64,000 nucleotides of DNA from Ignisphaera sp. (GCA_038889075.1 JAWAHS010000003.1:17564-81563); one strand, 5' to 3'. Shown: positions 42,464 through 53,337, counted from the first letter of the stretch. The notes: generated by a model from the sequence alone, not told the origin. Numbers and translations are program-made.

Positions 42464-42916
42464 ATGCAGAGTAGTACCAGAGGATACGAATTCCTTCCAC
42501 ATACCGCAGATATAATGATAAAGTCGTGGGGAAAAAGTTTAGAAGAGGCATTTAGTGAAGTTGCCAAAGCCTTATTTGAAATAATTACTGATACAAGTAG
42601 TATTGCTCCTTCCATGGAAATAAACCTAGAAGTGTGTGGTCATGATCTGGAAAATCTACTCTATAGATGGCTGGAGGAACTGCTCTACTACCACGATGCG
42701 CAAAACATGATATTTGGCCAATTCCATATAGAGTGCGTAAAGGAGATTGTTACCAATAATGAAAGGCAATACTGTTTATATGGTAAGGCTTTAGGAGAGA
42801 AATTTGATAAAGATAAACATGAATCTAGAACAGTAGTTAAAGCTATAACCTATCATCAAATGAGGATCTGGATAGAAAACAATCTGTATTATTTAACCGT
42901 TGTTGTGGATATATAA
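42464..42916 (+). CDS. Archease
   Basis: YEFL.HTAD, LEEAF, LY.WLEEL, GE.FD..H, VKA.TYH, VDI C-terminus. Confidence 0.95.
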   Translation: MQSSTRGYEFLPHTADIMIKSWGKSLEEAFSEVAKALFEIITDTSSIAPSMEINLEVCGHDLENLLYRWLEELLYYHDAQNMIFGQFHIECVKEIVTNNERQYCLYGKALGEKFDKDKHESRTVVKAITYHQMRIWIENNLYYLTVVVDI

Positions 42917-42952
42917 TGCCCATCTTAAGTTTATCTATGAACAGCTCTACTA

Positions 42953-43801
42953 CTATGGAGGAAGCCTATAAAAAAGCTCGTATATAAGGTATTTCGCAAC
43001 CTCTTCTCCTATCCTAGATAATAATTGATGGTCAATGATGCTAAGTATAGAACTTCGGGTGACTAAACTATAGCCATACTTCCCTAGATACCACAGCACC
43101 GAATCTATATGGAGGGGTGGAATGGATGATAATTCAGAGACCTTCTGCCATATCTTTCTAATTACATTAGGAATTCCCAATAATCTTATTAATGCTACCC
43201 TAGTTCCACCTGCAGTGTCTACTAATCCAGAAAGATATGTAACTAATGCAACTCTCCTATCTACAGGTATGGGGATGCTGCTAGGTAACACTACATCGTA
43301 CCCCTTAGCTTTCAATCCATAGTATAGCATCTTTACACCAAATACTATCGTTTTCGACTCTGGTTCACTATGCAAACATTTTGCTGTATATCTGACGAGC
43401 ATTTCAAACTCATGAACATTGATGTAATCTATGAGATCGTCGCACTTCTTAATCTTCTCCAATCGATTAATTTTCTGTTTGATCATAATCTTATTATACC
43501 TCAAAGTAAAACTTATAACCAAATCTACTACATCTCTAAAGCTATTAACATGAGAACACTCCTTTGAAACATACTGTGCAAATAGCATCCAGAATTCTTC
43601 TCCACGATACATGAGTCTGTAACTGACAAGGGAATTTAAATAAAGAAGAGGCTGAGCTATCTGAGGACACTGTTCTGAAATTTGTTTGGCGACGTGAAAT
43701 TGGGTATCGTACTCCTCAAATACTTTTACTCCACCAATACCTAATTTTCTAAATGCCTTTGCTATTCCTTCAACTCTATCATAATTTACTCTGTACTCCA
43801 T
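42953..43801 (-). CDS. Archaeal 8-oxoguanine DNA glycosylase/AP lyase (AGOG)
   Basis: EE.D.Q, N.LVSY.L...GE.FW, KTIVF.VKM, IPIPVD.R, W..V...S.IPPLHID...W. Confidence 0.9.
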   Translation of the reverse strand: MEYRVNYDRVEGIAKAFRKLGIGGVKVFEEYDTQFHVAKQISEQCPQIAQPLLYLNSLVSYRLMYRGEEFWMLFAQYVSKECSHVNSFRDVVDLVISFTLRYNKIMIKQKINRLEKIKKCDDLIDYINVHEFEMLVRYTAKCLHSEPESKTIVFGVKMLYYGLKAKGYDVVLPSSIPIPVDRRVALVTYLSGLVDTAGGTRVALIRLLGIPNVIRKIWQKVSELSSIPPLHIDSVLWYLGKYGYSLVTRSSILSIIDHQLLSRIGEEVAKYLIYELFYRLPP

Positions 43802-43969
43802 ACCAATCCTTCATAATATTTTGTTTACATTTGTATAGAGGAATACTCTACTTTAAAGCTTTAAGATGTACTTAACTTTAGGGTAACTTTACATTTATTT
43901 ACATTTAATATGGTATTTGCCATAATACAGCGAAGTAATAGTTTGTATAACCAAATCGTTTCCACACAA

Positions 43970-44815
43970 TTATTGCCTTTCTTCATATCTTAGCGCGTTT
44001 TTAAATAAAAGATAGTAATCCTCGAATGCAACGTCCCGCAGTAATGGTCTTTCAATTCTGTATTTTTTAATGTTATCGAAGTTAATCTCGACAACTCGTA
44101 TATCTTCTTCATAGTATTTCAGAGTATAGAGTATGTTTCCCAATGGATCAACCGCGATTGAAGCTCCGCCAAATCCGAATCCTCCAATAAAACCCGTGGT
44201 ATTTACCCATACAAAATAGGCACTATTTTCTATCGCTCTAGCACGTGATAGTATATGAAATAATTGTATTGAGGTATCAGGTGCTGCAGAAATATTTATA
44301 AACAGTTCAACACCATTGAGCATGTATTTTCTGAATATTTCCGGAAAGAAAATATCATAGCATATTGTAATACCTACCTTAATGGTTCCAAATAGCCATG
44401 GATTAAAGGATCCTCGATATGATTTGAACCAACGACCTTCACTAAATGACGAAAATGTTGGTAGATGCCTCTTTCTATATATATAGATGTTGCCTCTATA
44501 ATCTATAGCTAATGCTGAATTGTATAGATAACCCATACTAGATCTTTCTGGAAAACCCAGAACAATACCTACTCTATGCTTATTGCTAACCTGCTGAAGC
44601 TCTTTAATAGGCTTTGAATCTAAATCTAGTGCAAGCTTAAATACTAGATCTTCAATTAGATATCCAGTTAGAAATAGCTCTGGAAAGATATACAACTCAG
44701 CATTAACTGATGTTACAACCTCCTTAACCTTACTTAAATTAGCATCTATATCGCCATTTAGTGGTTCCATCTGTGCTACTGCTATTCGAATTGTATTCTT
44801 CATCAGCTTCACCAT
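43970..44815 (-). CDS. Carbon-nitrogen hydrolase (nitrilase superfamily)
   Basis: Glu-Lys-Cys triad: FPELFLTGY, YRKRHLP, ICYD; RA.EN. Confidence 0.93.
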   Translation of the reverse strand: MVKLMKNTIRIAVAQMEPLNGDIDANLSKVKEVVTSVNAELYIFPELFLTGYLIEDLVFKLALDLDSKPIKELQQVSNKHRVGIVLGFPERSSMGYLYNSALAIDYRGNIYIYRKRHLPTFSSFSEGRWFKSYRGSFNPWLFGTIKVGITICYDIFFPEIFRKYMLNGVELFINISAAPDTSIQLFHILSRARAIENSAYFVWVNTTGFIGGFGFGGASIAVDPLGNILYTLKYYEEDIRVVEINFDNIKKYRIERPLLRDVAFEDYYLLFKNALRYEERQ

Positions 44816-45195
44816 CGTTAAGAACTACTTCAAAAGAGTTATAAGGTTATTTCTATATAAACAGCTTCTATGATTGGCGTCACAATCCTAGATCATTTCT
44901 ACATAGAACCCATAGCAAAAGTTTCCTGCCATTTGGATCTATGAATAAGAGATGCTGTTCTCTAGTACATCTTCAAAACAAATGCGGATATTGTTAAATC
45001 GAATTTCGATAATGAATAGATATACCGTGTTTGCACCCAGTTCTACATCAAGATAGTACATTAATATAAGTATAGAATGTAATGCAGAGAGATGAAACAT
45101 ATAAAGAAACATGATACATGATATAGAGATATTTAGAAGCACTGCTGCTAGGTATTATTGTTTGAGAAACCTAGTAGATTCAAATAATATAATAA

Positions 45196-46056
45196 ATGGT
45201 CCTAACCATGCCCACCCAGAGAATCGTACCTGTATTAGATTATGAATATGTCGTAAAAAGAATTGCCCAATTTCTAGAAGAGATGCTTAGAAAAACCAAT
45301 ACAAGTGGATACGTTGTTGGTCTTAGTGGAGGTATAGATTCAGCTACTACGACATATTTGGCGACCAAGATGCTAGGCAAGAATATGGTGAAGGTACTAA
45401 TCATGCCTGATACGGATGTTACACCTAAGGAGGATGTCGATGATGCTATAAGCATCGCAGAACAGCTAGAGGTAGAGTACTATATATTTGACATATCTGA
45501 AGTAGTTAAATCGTTTTCAAGAACTTTACCATTCTTTGATATGAATCATAATGCATCAGTGGGCAATCTGAGAGCTAGGATAAGAATGGCTTCGCTATAC
45601 TATTTTGCAAATAGATTTAACATGCTAGTTATGGGTACAAGTAATAAATCAGAGCTGCTACTAGGATATTTTACTAAATATGGAGATGGTGGTGCTGATG
45701 TTTTACCCCTAGGTGATCTCTATAAAACACAGGTAAGAGATCTAGCTAGGTTCTTAGGAGTACCTGAGAGAATAATACTTAAACCAAGTAGCCCTAGGCT
45801 ATGGAAAGACCAGCTAACCGAAGATGAATTGGGATTAAAATACGAAATTGTGGACTCTATACTCTATCTATATGTTGAAGAAAAAATGGATGTTGGAGAA
45901 ATTGCATCAGCTCTGGGTATCTCCATAGATAATGTAACTAATATTATAAGAAGAATACATAGAGGTGAACATAAAAGGAGGTTACCACTAATACCTAGAT
46001 TAACTACTACAAATATAGCTTATGATTTGAGGTTACCTATATATGTAGGAGGCTAG
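45196..46056 (+). CDS. nadE: NAD+ synthetase (single domain)
   Basis: GLSGGIDS, GN.RAR.RM, GT.NKSE..GYFTKYGDG, L.KTQV, PS..LW..Q.DE, EHKR. Confidence 0.97.
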   Translation: MVLTMPTQRIVPVLDYEYVVKRIAQFLEEMLRKTNTSGYVVGLSGGIDSATTTYLATKMLGKNMVKVLIMPDTDVTPKEDVDDAISIAEQLEVEYYIFDISEVVKSFSRTLPFFDMNHNASVGNLRARIRMASLYYFANRFNMLVMGTSNKSELLLGYFTKYGDGGADVLPLGDLYKTQVRDLARFLGVPERIILKPSSPRLWKDQLTEDELGLKYEIVDSILYLYVEEKMDVGEIASALGISIDNVTNIIRRIHRGEHKRRLPLIPRLTTTNIAYDLRLPIYVGG

Positions 46057-46072
46057 TACCACTAATGGTAGA

Positions 46073-46120
46073 ATGATGTAATGTAGCAAATCTGAATTGT
46101 GATGAAGGGCTCGAAGCTGA
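46073..46120 (+). ncRNA. Box C/D methylation guide sRNA
   Basis: C ATGATGT, guide AATGTAGCAAAT, D' CTGA, C' GTGATGA, guide AGGGCTCGAAG, D CTGA. The D' guide fits UUUGCUACAU, recalled as the crenarchaeal 23S peptidyl-transferase region. Confidence 0.9.
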
Positions 46121-46133
46121 TGAACCTAATATT

Positions 46134-46619
46134 TTATTTAAGTAAGCAACTCCTTAGTTTTCTCCATGTTTCTCTAAGATCCTCCGGAATAACCTTAGCC
46201 CTTGCTAAAACGGGCATAAAATTTGTATCTCCATTCCATCTAGGAACTATATGTATGTGGATGTGCCCTTCAATCCCGGCACCAGCTGCTCTCCCTATAT
46301 TAGCTCCAATATTAAAGCCATGAGGATTATAGCATTTTCTTACAATACTTAGAATGGTGTTAAGGGTAGTCATAAGATCGATTAGCTCATCAGTGGTTAA
46401 AAGTTCCGTAGATGGAATGTGCCGCTTTGGTGCAACCATTACATGGGCATTGTTATATGGATATCGATTGAGTATAGCAATGGTATGTATAGATCTATAT
46501 ACAACATAGTTCTCCTCATCTCCTCCATTTACTGCTTTGCAGAATATACATTCATTTGCATGTGACATCTGTGTTACATATGATTGTCTCCATGGAGCCC
46601 AAATTACATCAATATACAC
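46134..46619 (-). CDS. HIT-family hydrolase (Ap4A phosphorylase/FHIT-like)
   Basis: WAPWR, CIFC, N.YPY...H, N.G..AGAG...H.H.H.VPRW.GD.NF. Confidence 0.94.
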   Translation of the reverse strand: MYIDVIWAPWRQSYVTQMSHANECIFCKAVNGGDEENYVVYRSIHTIAILNRYPYNNAHVMVAPKRHIPSTELLTTDELIDLMTTLNTILSIVRKCYNPHGFNIGANIGRAAGAGIEGHIHIHIVPRWNGDTNFMPVLARAKVIPEDLRETWRKLRSCLLK

Positions 46620-46690
46620 TTGTTCTTCACCAAATTGATTAGCTTTCTAAATATTTATAGCAAAACTGCGCTTAAATTATTTAAATAATA

Positions 46691-47509
46691 TCAGCCTCCA
46701 TATAATAGTGTTATTAAATATAGAGCTATGTATATTAATGTAGATATGGAGAAGAACGTTACCATTGGTATTCCCCAGGATGCAACGATAGTTACCTCCC
46801 ATGGCATGCCTTGCAACTTTTTTCTCCATTCTAAATCATCTTCATATATATCGAAGCCGCTCCTCTCCACATATCCTGGAATAAATATTGGATAGTAGAA
46901 TCTCTTTTTAAATATCGTACCAATATTTACAATTCTATGGAATAAAATGAAATAAATTTTTCTGTGTAATGGAATAGCTAAATTCTTCAAAAAATCAACA
47001 TATTTCAAATTATGCAGTATATTATGTATGAGAAAGAGTAACATAATCAGAGTGTAGATTAAGAGTACGGTTAAAATAGGAGGTAGAATCATCGCAAAAT
47101 TAAGTAGATAGGCGATGATATTGAAATTCGGGGTATGCATTTGATAACTAAATGTAGTACTAGGCAGCGTATAGGGGTAGAGTGCTGTAAAGGATGCTAT
47201 GGCAAGAAAGTCTGCACCACCCATAAGCTTAGGTAGGAACGTTAATACGGCTATAATGCAAACTACTATCACAGAAACCACTAGTGATATAATTTGATAT
47301 ACCGTTAGCCCATTTAATGATCTGAAGACTCCTAGCGAAATTCCTGTGAGTAGTAATGGCAACCATATATGGGGGTTTATTTCACGTGTCTTCCAGTCCA
47401 TTACTGCAGCAATAGAGAATATTATGGTAGCGCAACCTATCCTTATTACCTCCTCTATCATGGTTTCAGATACCTTGGGATTAGATTTGCATTTATTGTA
47501 GTATTCCAT
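46691..47509 (-). CDS. Prepilin/prearchaellin peptidase (A24; FlaK/PibD-like)
   Basis: D.KTREI..W, MGGAD, C-terminal W..P.V.F; multiple TMs. Confidence 0.85.
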   Translation of the reverse strand: MEYYNKCKSNPKVSETMIEEVIRIGCATIIFSIAAVMDWKTREINPHIWLPLLLTGISLGVFRSLNGLTVYQIISLVVSVIVVCIIAVLTFLPKLMGGADFLAIASFTALYPYTLPSTTFSYQMHTPNFNIIAYLLNFAMILPPILTVLLIYTLIMLLFLIHNILHNLKYVDFLKNLAIPLHRKIYFILFHRIVNIGTIFKKRFYYPIFIPGYVERSGFDIYEDDLEWRKKLQGMPWEVTIVASWGIPMVTFFSISTLIYIALYLITLLYGG

Positions 47510-47531
47510 TTACCTCAGTTTCGTACTAGAT

Positions 47532-48482
47532 TTACTCAGGATCTCGAATTCCAGCCTCAGTTATTGCAAAAACAGCTTCACTTTCTGGGAGGTGAGGTGC
47601 ATCAATGATTCTAGCAATTCTCCTATTTCCTCTACTCTTTTTTAGTTGTACACGAATCCCAGGTGCATGGTAGAGAACATGACCTCCTATAGCTACTGTT
47701 GGATCGCCATAGAAGATGTCTGGTCGTGCCATAACTTGATTGGTGACAACAATTGCTACATCATATAGTTCGGCTAATGACATGAGCTGATGAAGGTGTC
47801 TATTCAACTTTTGCTGCCTGAGCGCAAGATTTTCCCTTCCTGGATATTCTGCTCTAAAGTGCCCTGTAATGGAATCTACTATTATAAGCCCTATATTCTC
47901 TTTTGGTATGAGATCCTTAAGCTCCTCTGCTACAGCCATTTGATGATCGCTATTAACAACACGATTGTAGTATATATTCTCCATTACTTGATCAGGATCT
48001 AGCCCCAGTGCTCTAGCCATTGCCTCAACTCTTTCCCATCTAAATGTGCCCTCCGTATCCATATATACGGCTTTTTTACTCAATCCACCCTTTTCTGGAG
48101 GGAGTTGCACATTAACTGTAAGCTGATGGCATAGTTGCGTCTTCCCACTACCAAACTCGCCAAAGAACTCTGTAATGGTTTTAACCTCTACACCTCCACC
48201 CAAGAGGGCATCTAAATTCTTGCTACCCGTGGTTATCTTAGGAAGATTTAGACGTTCCTTTTTTATTTCAAGTGCTGTTCTAAAACCTAGACCTAGAGCA
48301 CTCCTAGCTTGGCTAATGAGCTTCTGGATTGTAGGTAGTGGTACAGCTAGATTTTGGCTTAGTTCTTGTGCATTGGCGGCTGCTAAGGCTTCAACTGTAG
48401 TTATTCCCATTTCTTGCAGTTTTTTAAGTATGGTACTAGAGATACCCAATTCCTCTAAGTTACGGATTTTGCGTTCAGCCAT
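47532..48482 (-). CDS. radA: DNA repair and recombination protein RadA
   Basis: N-terminal Hh[36 protein letters not shown]; no intein. Confidence 0.98.
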   Translation of the reverse strand: MAERKIRNLEELGISSTILKKLQEMGITTVEALAAANAQELSQNLAVPLPTIQKLISQARSALGLGFRTALEIKKERLNLPKITTGSKNLDALLGGGVEVKTITEFFGEFGSGKTQLCHQLTVNVQLPPEKGGLSKKAVYMDTEGTFRWERVEAMARALGLDPDQVMENIYYNRVVNSDHQMAVAEELKDLIPKENIGLIIVDSITGHFRAEYPGRENLALRQQKLNRHLHQLMSLAELYDVAIVVTNQVMARPDIFYGDPTVAIGGHVLYHAPGIRVQLKKSRGNRRIARIIDAPHLPESEAVFAITEAGIRDPE

Positions 48483-48665
48483 CTATACTCCCGATAAATC
48501 CTTTAGCTAAGTCTCCTAATATACCCTTTTGCACCTAACTGAAACTTCTCACACTGATTTCATGGATCCTAATTAATTTTTTATAAAAATAAATAAATAC
48601 TATTTCGTAACAATATCTCTAGCTATTGAATATTAGTACAGATCTAAAAATATGGTGGAAGTGAA

Positions 48666-50525
48666 ATGAGATTACTGCTTATACATGCAAAGACCTTTTC
48701 ATACAAAGCTAAGGAAAAGGCTATAGATGAAGGAGAAAGCATTACACGGGAGGGCATGGACGGCGTTTTTGAAAATGCATTAGTAGTTTTTACAACTGTT
48801 GAAGAAGGTGATGATAGGAACCCTAGTATCATCATTAGCAAAGCTGTCGATGAAATAATGGATGTAGCTAAGAAGGTAGAGGCCTCCATCGTCGTAATAT
48901 ATCCGTACGCTCACCTATCCCCCTCCCTAGCACCCCCGAGAACCGCCATCGCTATACTTGATTCACTAAAAAATGCTTTATCAGAGCGTGGAATTAAAGT
49001 GGTTCGCGCACCATTTGGATGGTATAAAGAGTTTGTGCTTCATTGTCATGGACATCCATTAAGCGAACTCTCTCGCCATATAACACCTAGCGAGGAAGGT
49101 GCTAGAAGACCGGTTGAAAAAAGATACTATATTCTTACACCAGAGGGAAGGCTAATGAAACCTGAAGAGTATAACTTCATAGATAGTGAATCTGAGTTGA
49201 AGACTTTAGTAGAGCGGGAGGTACTTAAGAAAGAGTCAGAAGGCGGACAAGGTAGGGTACAGTACTATTTAAGGAAATTTGGTTTTGAGTGGGAGGAGTA
49301 CTCTGATAGAGGTCACCTTAGGTATGAGCCTCATGCAACTCTAATTTTGGAGGCTGTTTCGATGTATTCATGGCGTGTAGCAAACTCTCTAGGCATACCT
49401 ATCTTTAGAGTCCGTGGTACCAATATGTTTAACCTTATCGTCGAACCGATCAAACAACACGCGGATCTTTTTGGTGAACGTATGTATGAAATAAGGATGG
49501 ATGCAGATCGATTTGTACTTAGATTTGCAGCATGTCACCAACAATTCTCAATATTAAAGGACTGGGTACTAAGCTATAAAGATCTACCTATAGGGATGTT
49601 TGAAATAGCGGACAGCTATAGATATGAACAAAGAGGTGAATTGGTTCTAGGCTTTAGACTAAGAAGATTTCATATGCCAGATCTACATATATTAACACGC
49701 AATTTAAGAGAGGCTGAAGAAATAGCATTAATAGTCAGAGATAAGATTGTTGAAGAAGCTAAGAAGATTGATAGAGATTATCAAGCTATATATAATGTAA
49801 CCGAAGATTATCTGAATACACATTTTGATCATATTGTAGATTTTGTGAAAAGGGAGGGAAAGCCTGTTCTCCTAGCAGTATATCCGGCTGGTATATACTA
49901 TTGGGTGATAAATGTTGAGTACATAATTATAGATGAACTCGGTAGACCTAGAGAGATAGCTACATGGCAAATCGATGTAGGTAATGCCAAGAGGTTTGGA
50001 ATAAAGTACGTTGATGAGAACAATACGGATCAATACCCTGTTATAATACATACCGCAATTATAGGTTCTATTGAACGGTATATATACATGGTATTCGATA
50101 AGATAGCTCACGATGAAGCAAAGGGTATTCCTCCTACATTACCTCTTTGGATGTCGCCAATACAAGTAAGACTAATACCTGTATCAAAAGATTATATTGA
50201 ATACGCTACCAAAGTAGCATCTATGCTTATAAACAATGGAATAAGGGTTGATATTGACGATAGGGATGAGAGCTTAGGTAAGAAGATTCGTGATGCTGGA
50301 ATAGAATGGATTCCATATGTTGTTGTTATAGGTGAGCGTGAAACTAGGACAAATACCATTAGTATTCGTATTAGAAGAAATGGTATTCAGAAAACGTTGA
50401 CGCTCGATGAATTTATAAAAATTCTTGAAGAGGAATTGAATGGCTATCCAAGAGTTGAAAACACGTTACCATTGTATCTAAGTAAGAGACCAAAACTATA
50501 TTACCTCCAACCCTTAACAACATAA
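48666..50525 (+). CDS. thrS: Threonine--tRNA ligase with fused archaeal N-terminal editing domain
   Basis: MRLLLIH, YPYAHLS, PFGWYK, GHPLSELSR; RFAAC, YRYEQ.GE, MPD.H, IIH..I.GS.ER; anticodon domain. Confidence 0.97.
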   Translation: MRLLLIHAKTFSYKAKEKAIDEGESITREGMDGVFENALVVFTTVEEGDDRNPSIIISKAVDEIMDVAKKVEASIVVIYPYAHLSPSLAPPRTAIAILDSLKNALSERGIKVVRAPFGWYKEFVLHCHGHPLSELSRHITPSEEGARRPVEKRYYILTPEGRLMKPEEYNFIDSESELKTLVEREVLKKESEGGQGRVQYYLRKFGFEWEEYSDRGHLRYEPHATLILEAVSMYSWRVANSLGIPIFRVRGTNMFNLIVEPIKQHADLFGERMYEIRMDADRFVLRFAACHQQFSILKDWVLSYKDLPIGMFEIADSYRYEQRGELVLGFRLRRFHMPDLHILTRNLREAEEIALIVRDKIVEEAKKIDRDYQAIYNVTEDYLNTHFDHIVDFVKREGKPVLLAVYPAGIYYWVINVEYIIIDELGRPREIATWQIDVGNAKRFGIKYVDENNTDQYPVIIHTAIIGSIERYIYMVFDKIAHDEAKGIPPTLPLWMSPIQVRLIPVSKDYIEYATKVASMLINNGIRVDIDDRDESLGKKIRDAGIEWIPYVVVIGERETRTNTISIRIRRNGIQKTLTLDEFIKILEEELNGYPRVENTLPLYLSKRPKLYYLQPLTT

Positions 50526-50546
50526 TTCGTGGAGCACTTGTAGTTA

Positions 50547-50599
50547 ATGATGATCTGTTGCCCTCTCTGATCTATAGTGATGAAATGAACCTCCTCTGA
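50547..50599 (+). ncRNA. Box C/D methylation guide sRNA between thrS and mvk
   Basis: C ATGATGA, guide TCTGTTGCCCTCT, D' CTGA, C' GTGATGA, guide AATGAACCTCCT, D CTGA; all four boxes canonical. Confidence 0.93.
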
Positions 50600-50602
50600 G
50601 GT

Positions 50603-51640
50603 ATGGGAATGAATACAATTAGTATTCGATTACCAGTAAAGATTACACTATTTGGAGAGCACGCTGTTGTCTACAATAAACCTGCTATAGCTTCTACAAT
50701 ACCTGTTTTCATGAATGTTACAGGAAGGAGATTAAATGACGAGAAACTTGTAGTCAAATTCCATAACGCTAATGTACTGATAAAGGGAATCGTACTCGAT
50801 AGATTGAGTAACAGTTATACATTGGTTCCAGATGATGTCAGTGTATCACGTTTCACCAGCTATATTGTTACAGGATTAGAGATTTGTGAAGATGAATTGA
50901 AAGTTAGTCGAGGTGGGTATGAGATAAACATAGAAAGTACCTTACCAATGGGAGCTGGATTAGGAACCTCTGCAGCCATCTCTGTTGGAACAATAGCTGT
51001 ATGTATCTCACTAAACTATAGCCATAATTTTGAAGACCCATACATCAAGAGGATGATTGCCCTACTAGCATGGAAAACAGAACGTAGGGTACAGGGTGCA
51101 GCAAGCCCGATGGATACATTCACCATAACATATGGAGGCATTAGATACATCAAACCATGGATACCAGAAGCTGAAATCATAGTTCCTCCAAGACATTTCA
51201 ATATTGTTATTGGGTATACTCCTAAGAGGTACACAACAGCCGACTTAGTAAGAAGTGTAAAGAATTTAAAGTCGAAGGAGGAATATCTCTTGAACATGTT
51301 ATTAGACATAACCGAGAGAGTAGTTGAAGAAGCAAAAAATGCTATTGCTAATAATGATATTGAAAAACTGGGAATTCTAATGAACATAAATCACGGAATA
51401 TTGGAATCACTAGGTGTAGTATCCTTAGAACATAGTAATATAGTAAAAACACTGATTGCTGCTGGAGCCCTCGGTGCAAAGACAAGCGGTGCAGGTGGCG
51501 GTGGTGCCTTTATAGCGTTAGCAAGAGATAGAGAACATGCAGCTTTATTAAAAAATGTAGCAGAGGCATTAGGTGCTAAGGTAGTTGCCCTGGAACTCTA
51601 TGAAATGGGTTTTACTATCAACTATAACAAGATGGAATGA
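50603..51640 (+). CDS. mvk: Mevalonate kinase
   Basis: P.K..LFGEHAVVY, P.GAGLGTSAA, E..VQG.AS..D, GAK.SGAGGGG. Confidence 0.95.
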   Translation: MGMNTISIRLPVKITLFGEHAVVYNKPAIASTIPVFMNVTGRRLNDEKLVVKFHNANVLIKGIVLDRLSNSYTLVPDDVSVSRFTSYIVTGLEICEDELKVSRGGYEINIESTLPMGAGLGTSAAISVGTIAVCISLNYSHNFEDPYIKRMIALLAWKTERRVQGAASPMDTFTITYGGIRYIKPWIPEAEIIVPPRHFNIVIGYTPKRYTTADLVRSVKNLKSKEEYLLNMLLDITERVVEEAKNAIANNDIEKLGILMNINHGILESLGVVSLEHSNIVKTLIAAGALGAKTSGAGGGGAFIALARDREHAALLKNVAEALGAKVVALELYEMGFTINYNKME

Positions 51641-51661
51641 TCTAAGAGGGTCCTGGGTTAC

Positions 51662-52354
51662 GTGACTGGATACATAGTCTTACAGGATATTCTTGAACAT
51701 CTATTTAAATTTGGTAATATCGAGAAAAGTCTATTAAAACACATTAGAGTTGGCGAGAGAACAACAATTAAAAATATAATTGAAAATGGTGTAAAAAGAA
51801 ATGTGCTTAAAGAGAATGACAGTAAAATCTATTTGCTAAACCCTCTTGAACTTATAATAATGCTCGAGGAGCTTGGTATAGATACGTTAAGACTATGTGA
51901 TTACATCTCGTGGAGTGAGTTTGAGGATTTTATTGCTAAGAAACTTTATGAGTTTGGCTGGGAATATATTTTAGGATATATCCATACAAGGGTTTCGCGA
52001 TTTCAGATTGACGTTATCGCTTTGGACTCTATATTGAGGAGGGCATTAGTAATAGAGTGCAAACATTGGAGAAAACATATGGGAGTAGGTTCCTTAAGAA
52101 GGATTGCACTAAATCATCTACTAAGAATAGATAAGCTTATAAAATACTGTGAATGGGTTGCCACGGACATCCCCAAGCTACGTAACGTAGAAACTGTTAT
52201 ACCTGCTGTAATAGTGCTTAGGAGAGGAGATGTGAAGGCGGTAGAAGGTGTTCCAATAGTACCACTATATCATTTAAATGATTTTTTGTCCAATATTAGT
52301 AGCTACTTAGATGTATTGAACATAAAAGTATTCAAAAATAGATGCTGCATATAG
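51662..52354 (+). CDS. PD-(D/E)XK nuclease (Mrr/NERD-like)
   Basis: SW.EFE.F, QIDV.A, VIECKHW, VPIVP. Confidence 0.8.
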   Translation: MTGYIVLQDILEHLFKFGNIEKSLLKHIRVGERTTIKNIIENGVKRNVLKENDSKIYLLNPLELIIMLEELGIDTLRLCDYISWSEFEDFIAKKLYEFGWEYILGYIHTRVSRFQIDVIALDSILRRALVIECKHWRKHMGVGSLRRIALNHLLRIDKLIKYCEWVATDIPKLRNVETVIPAVIVLRRGDVKAVEGVPIVPLYHLNDFLSNISSYLDVLNIKVFKNRCCI

Positions 52355-52364
52355 CTGAAAACAC

Positions 52365-53261
52365 CTATGTGTAGAACTCTATTGCTGCATATCCAACAAT
52401 GATATCTTCCTCACCTGTGATGTCTCCTGAGTGATAGTATTTAAGTAACTTTACCTTAGAGTTCAATATCTTTGCATATTCCATGGTGATTGCTATGGCA
52501 CCATATCCGCACACCGTTGAATTATATTTATCAATAAGTGATAGAAATTTTCTCGTCTCTAAATCTAATATAGCCTGTATAAATTTGTGATCAAGCTCCC
52601 TTACATTATCCATTATATTAGTCGTAAAGAGTACATAGCCATAAATATCCCCATGATGTGTAAAATCTGATGATGCTATTACAACAGATCTTTTATTTGA
52701 TAATTTGATAGCTTCTTTTAATGCTGCTGAAAATTGCTGAGCTTCTTCTAGAGTCACATCTCTTACAACTATTGGTACTAATTCAAAGTTCTCTCCATAT
52801 ATATACTGAAGAAATGGCAATTGAACTTCTATCGAGTGCTCTCTAGTATGGGCTAAAGCATCATCATATAGCAGTGGATATGATTTCTTCAATTCATTTA
52901 TAAAATCTATATCAACATTGATGGTGCCTAGAGGCGTAGCCCATTTTGAATAATAGCTTGTTGTAGTTATTTTATCTCCAAAACCAGTATGATTGGTACC
53001 TAATATTATGGCTAAATCAATCTTTTGAACTTGTTCTGCTAGCTCCTTGTAATACCATGCTGCACACGCTGCTGAGAAATAGTAACCTGCGTGCGGAACT
53101 ACCCCTCCGATTATCTGTCTTTCGCTTATACATCCTTTTTTTGGTAACGAGCCTGGTCCTCTTTTAGCATCCATAAAAGCCCTTTCTATCTCATTTATAA
53201 GTTGATTTTTATTTAATGGATAAAAATTCCATGCCCCTGCTTGAGGCTCTCTGACTACCAT
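52365..53261 (-). CDS. MEMO1 family protein (AmmeMemoRadiSam protein B)
   Basis: R.P..G..FYP, PHAGY..S, G.NH, W.TPLG, EHS.EVQLPFLQ, ASSDFTH, CG.G.I, VGYA. Confidence 0.95.
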   Translation of the reverse strand: MVVREPQAGAWNFYPLNKNQLINEIERAFMDAKRGPGSLPKKGCISERQIIGGVVPHAGYYFSAACAAWYYKELAEQVQKIDLAIILGTNHTGFGDKITTTSYYSKWATPLGTINVDIDFINELKKSYPLLYDDALAHTREHSIEVQLPFLQYIYGENFELVPIVVRDVTLEEAQQFSAALKEAIKLSNKRSVVIASSDFTHHGDIYGYVLFTTNIMDNVRELDHKFIQAILDLETRKFLSLIDKYNSTVCGYGAIAITMEYAKILNSKVKLLKYYHSGDITGEEDIIVGYAAIEFYT

Positions 53262-53337
53262 ACATTCCTACCGATATGTATCTACAGCTAGTTGAATCAT
53301 AAGCTTTTGTGACTAAATGTACCCACTTTGCTACTTT

